This document shows, piece after piece, positions 62,847 through 64,000 of a stretch of 64,000 nucleotides of DNA (positions are counted from its first letter, which is position 1; the number at the start of each line of letters is the position of its first letter). A program made the position numbers and the translations under genes. Source of the stretch: Patellaria atrata CBS 101060 (lineage: Eukaryota); assembly GCA_010093705.1 (NCBI GenBank), contig MU006093.1, positions 65,785 through 129,784 on the forward strand. Direction: 5' to 3'. The notes below the pieces were generated by a model. That model saw only the letters and a program-made list of their open reading frames with translations, searched no databases and was not told the origin of the DNA.

Positions 62847-63841
62847 GTTGGATGTCCTTATGGCCAACCTGTGAACTTGCACTCTCTAGGTTGAGAGTAT
62901 CGGGTGGGAACGGGGATCCTTATGGCTATGTGGAGGGTTTTCTGCTTTGGACATGACTCTTACATTAAGTGATGGTGTTAGGGACTCATTTTGCATATAA
63001 GGGTGTTCCGTTATGGGCAACGTAACGCACTGGGTTTGTCATGGCTAGCCCGCAATGACATGTTTCTTTGATCTACCGTGCACTGCTTTGGTCATGGATG
63101 TGAGTGATGAATAGGAGGTGAGGGTTGGGTCACTTTGAATTTCAGTACACGTATTTACGATCCTTTGATTTCTTCGATTGGCCACCGATAGCTACTGTAC
63201 TTCTTCCATTTTGTTTTAAACCGAAAATTCATACCTTCTCCACGGCTCCTCTAATCATCCTACATACCTAGTGCCATCCATGCTCCTCACTCAAAACAAA
63301 CCCCTGTTATATCTGCCCCGAAACCCCGAGTCGACGCACAACAGCAACATCGGTCCTCGTCCACCATTCAGATCAGTAGAGTTGTCCTCCATACCTTACC
63401 TCAATCTGGACTTCGACCTAGGTCAATCACGGAGAGGTAGTAGCTGGGAAACTACGAAGCTACGAAACGGTCTGATGTGGGGGTTCGTTGCCTAGGACCT
63501 AGGGAAGGGGGATGGGAGTTAGGAGGTAGACTACGATACTTGAAGAGAGTTGAAGGATGTCAGGGGTGTGAATGCCTGTTAGACGCTATGTCTGTGTGTC
63601 TTTTGGTCGCTGGAGGGAATGGACGTTGTGGAGATAAAGTCTGTCGGGTTTCGTTCGAGATTCGAGTTTGTATGATCTGCGCCGCAATCTATGTGTGAGC
63701 CCTGTAGAATACGGGTTACCCTTAACAAGACATGGAAGGGGCATCCGTGAGCGCTTCAAAGTAGATGGGAGATGTATTACTCTTTATAGTGTGATCATTG
63801 ACAATCTTTCCCTTTAATCCTATACTGATTGAGTACACGAT

Positions 63842-63889
63842 CCCTTAACCCAAGTCCATTAGCGCTCTAAGGACAAATGGGGTTAAGGG
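63842..63889. other. Intergenic inverted repeat / hairpin
   Basis: CCCTTAACCC pairs with GGGTTAAGGG; inner GTCC/GGAC and TTAG/CTAA stems close a CGCT loop. Confidence 0.7.
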
Positions 63890-64000
63890 GCGAAGGTTCA
63901 AGATCATTAGCAGTTAGAGTGAACTTAGCACCGCTGGTTACACTCGATAACACCTGTATGAGATTTCAGAAGATTGTCAAAGATGAAGACCACGAAGTCG

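Overview
Gene-dense 64-kb window from a filamentous ascomycete (Pezizomycotina, probably Eurotiomycetes; short GT-AG introns with CTRAY branch points). About 19 protein-coding genes in order: wetA, NBR1-type autophagy receptor, Btz/CASC3-domain protein, SLY1, PNUTS/Ppn1-like PP1 regulator, RRP4, a two-HKD PLD-family enzyme, a Bys1/thaumatin-like secreted protein, a divergent GH131, a Mit1/Mi-2 CHD remodeler, MRM1, a CorA-domain protein, a CCCH protein, a truncated Zn-cluster protein, GH76 (DFG5/DCW1), a HAPSTR1-like protein, SNU23, an intronless SnoaL/NTF2-MDR oxidoreductase fusion paired with a divergent Zn2Cys6 regulator, and TOP2. There is one 100-N scaffold gap. I found no convincing tRNA, rRNA, CRISPR array or intact transposon. 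Most notable: (i) the bacterial-looking SnoaL-MDR fusion plus TF module, whose shared promoter is enriched in CTCCGC/GCGGAG; (ii) a 412-nt intron in the PNUTS-like gene that could be an autoregulatory attenuation switch; (iii) a GH131 with apparently altered catalytic motifs; (iv) an in-frame repeat-encoded extension beyond the Bys1 stop codon; (v) a fungal HAPSTR1-like protein. All family calls come from motif recognition by eye, not database searches.
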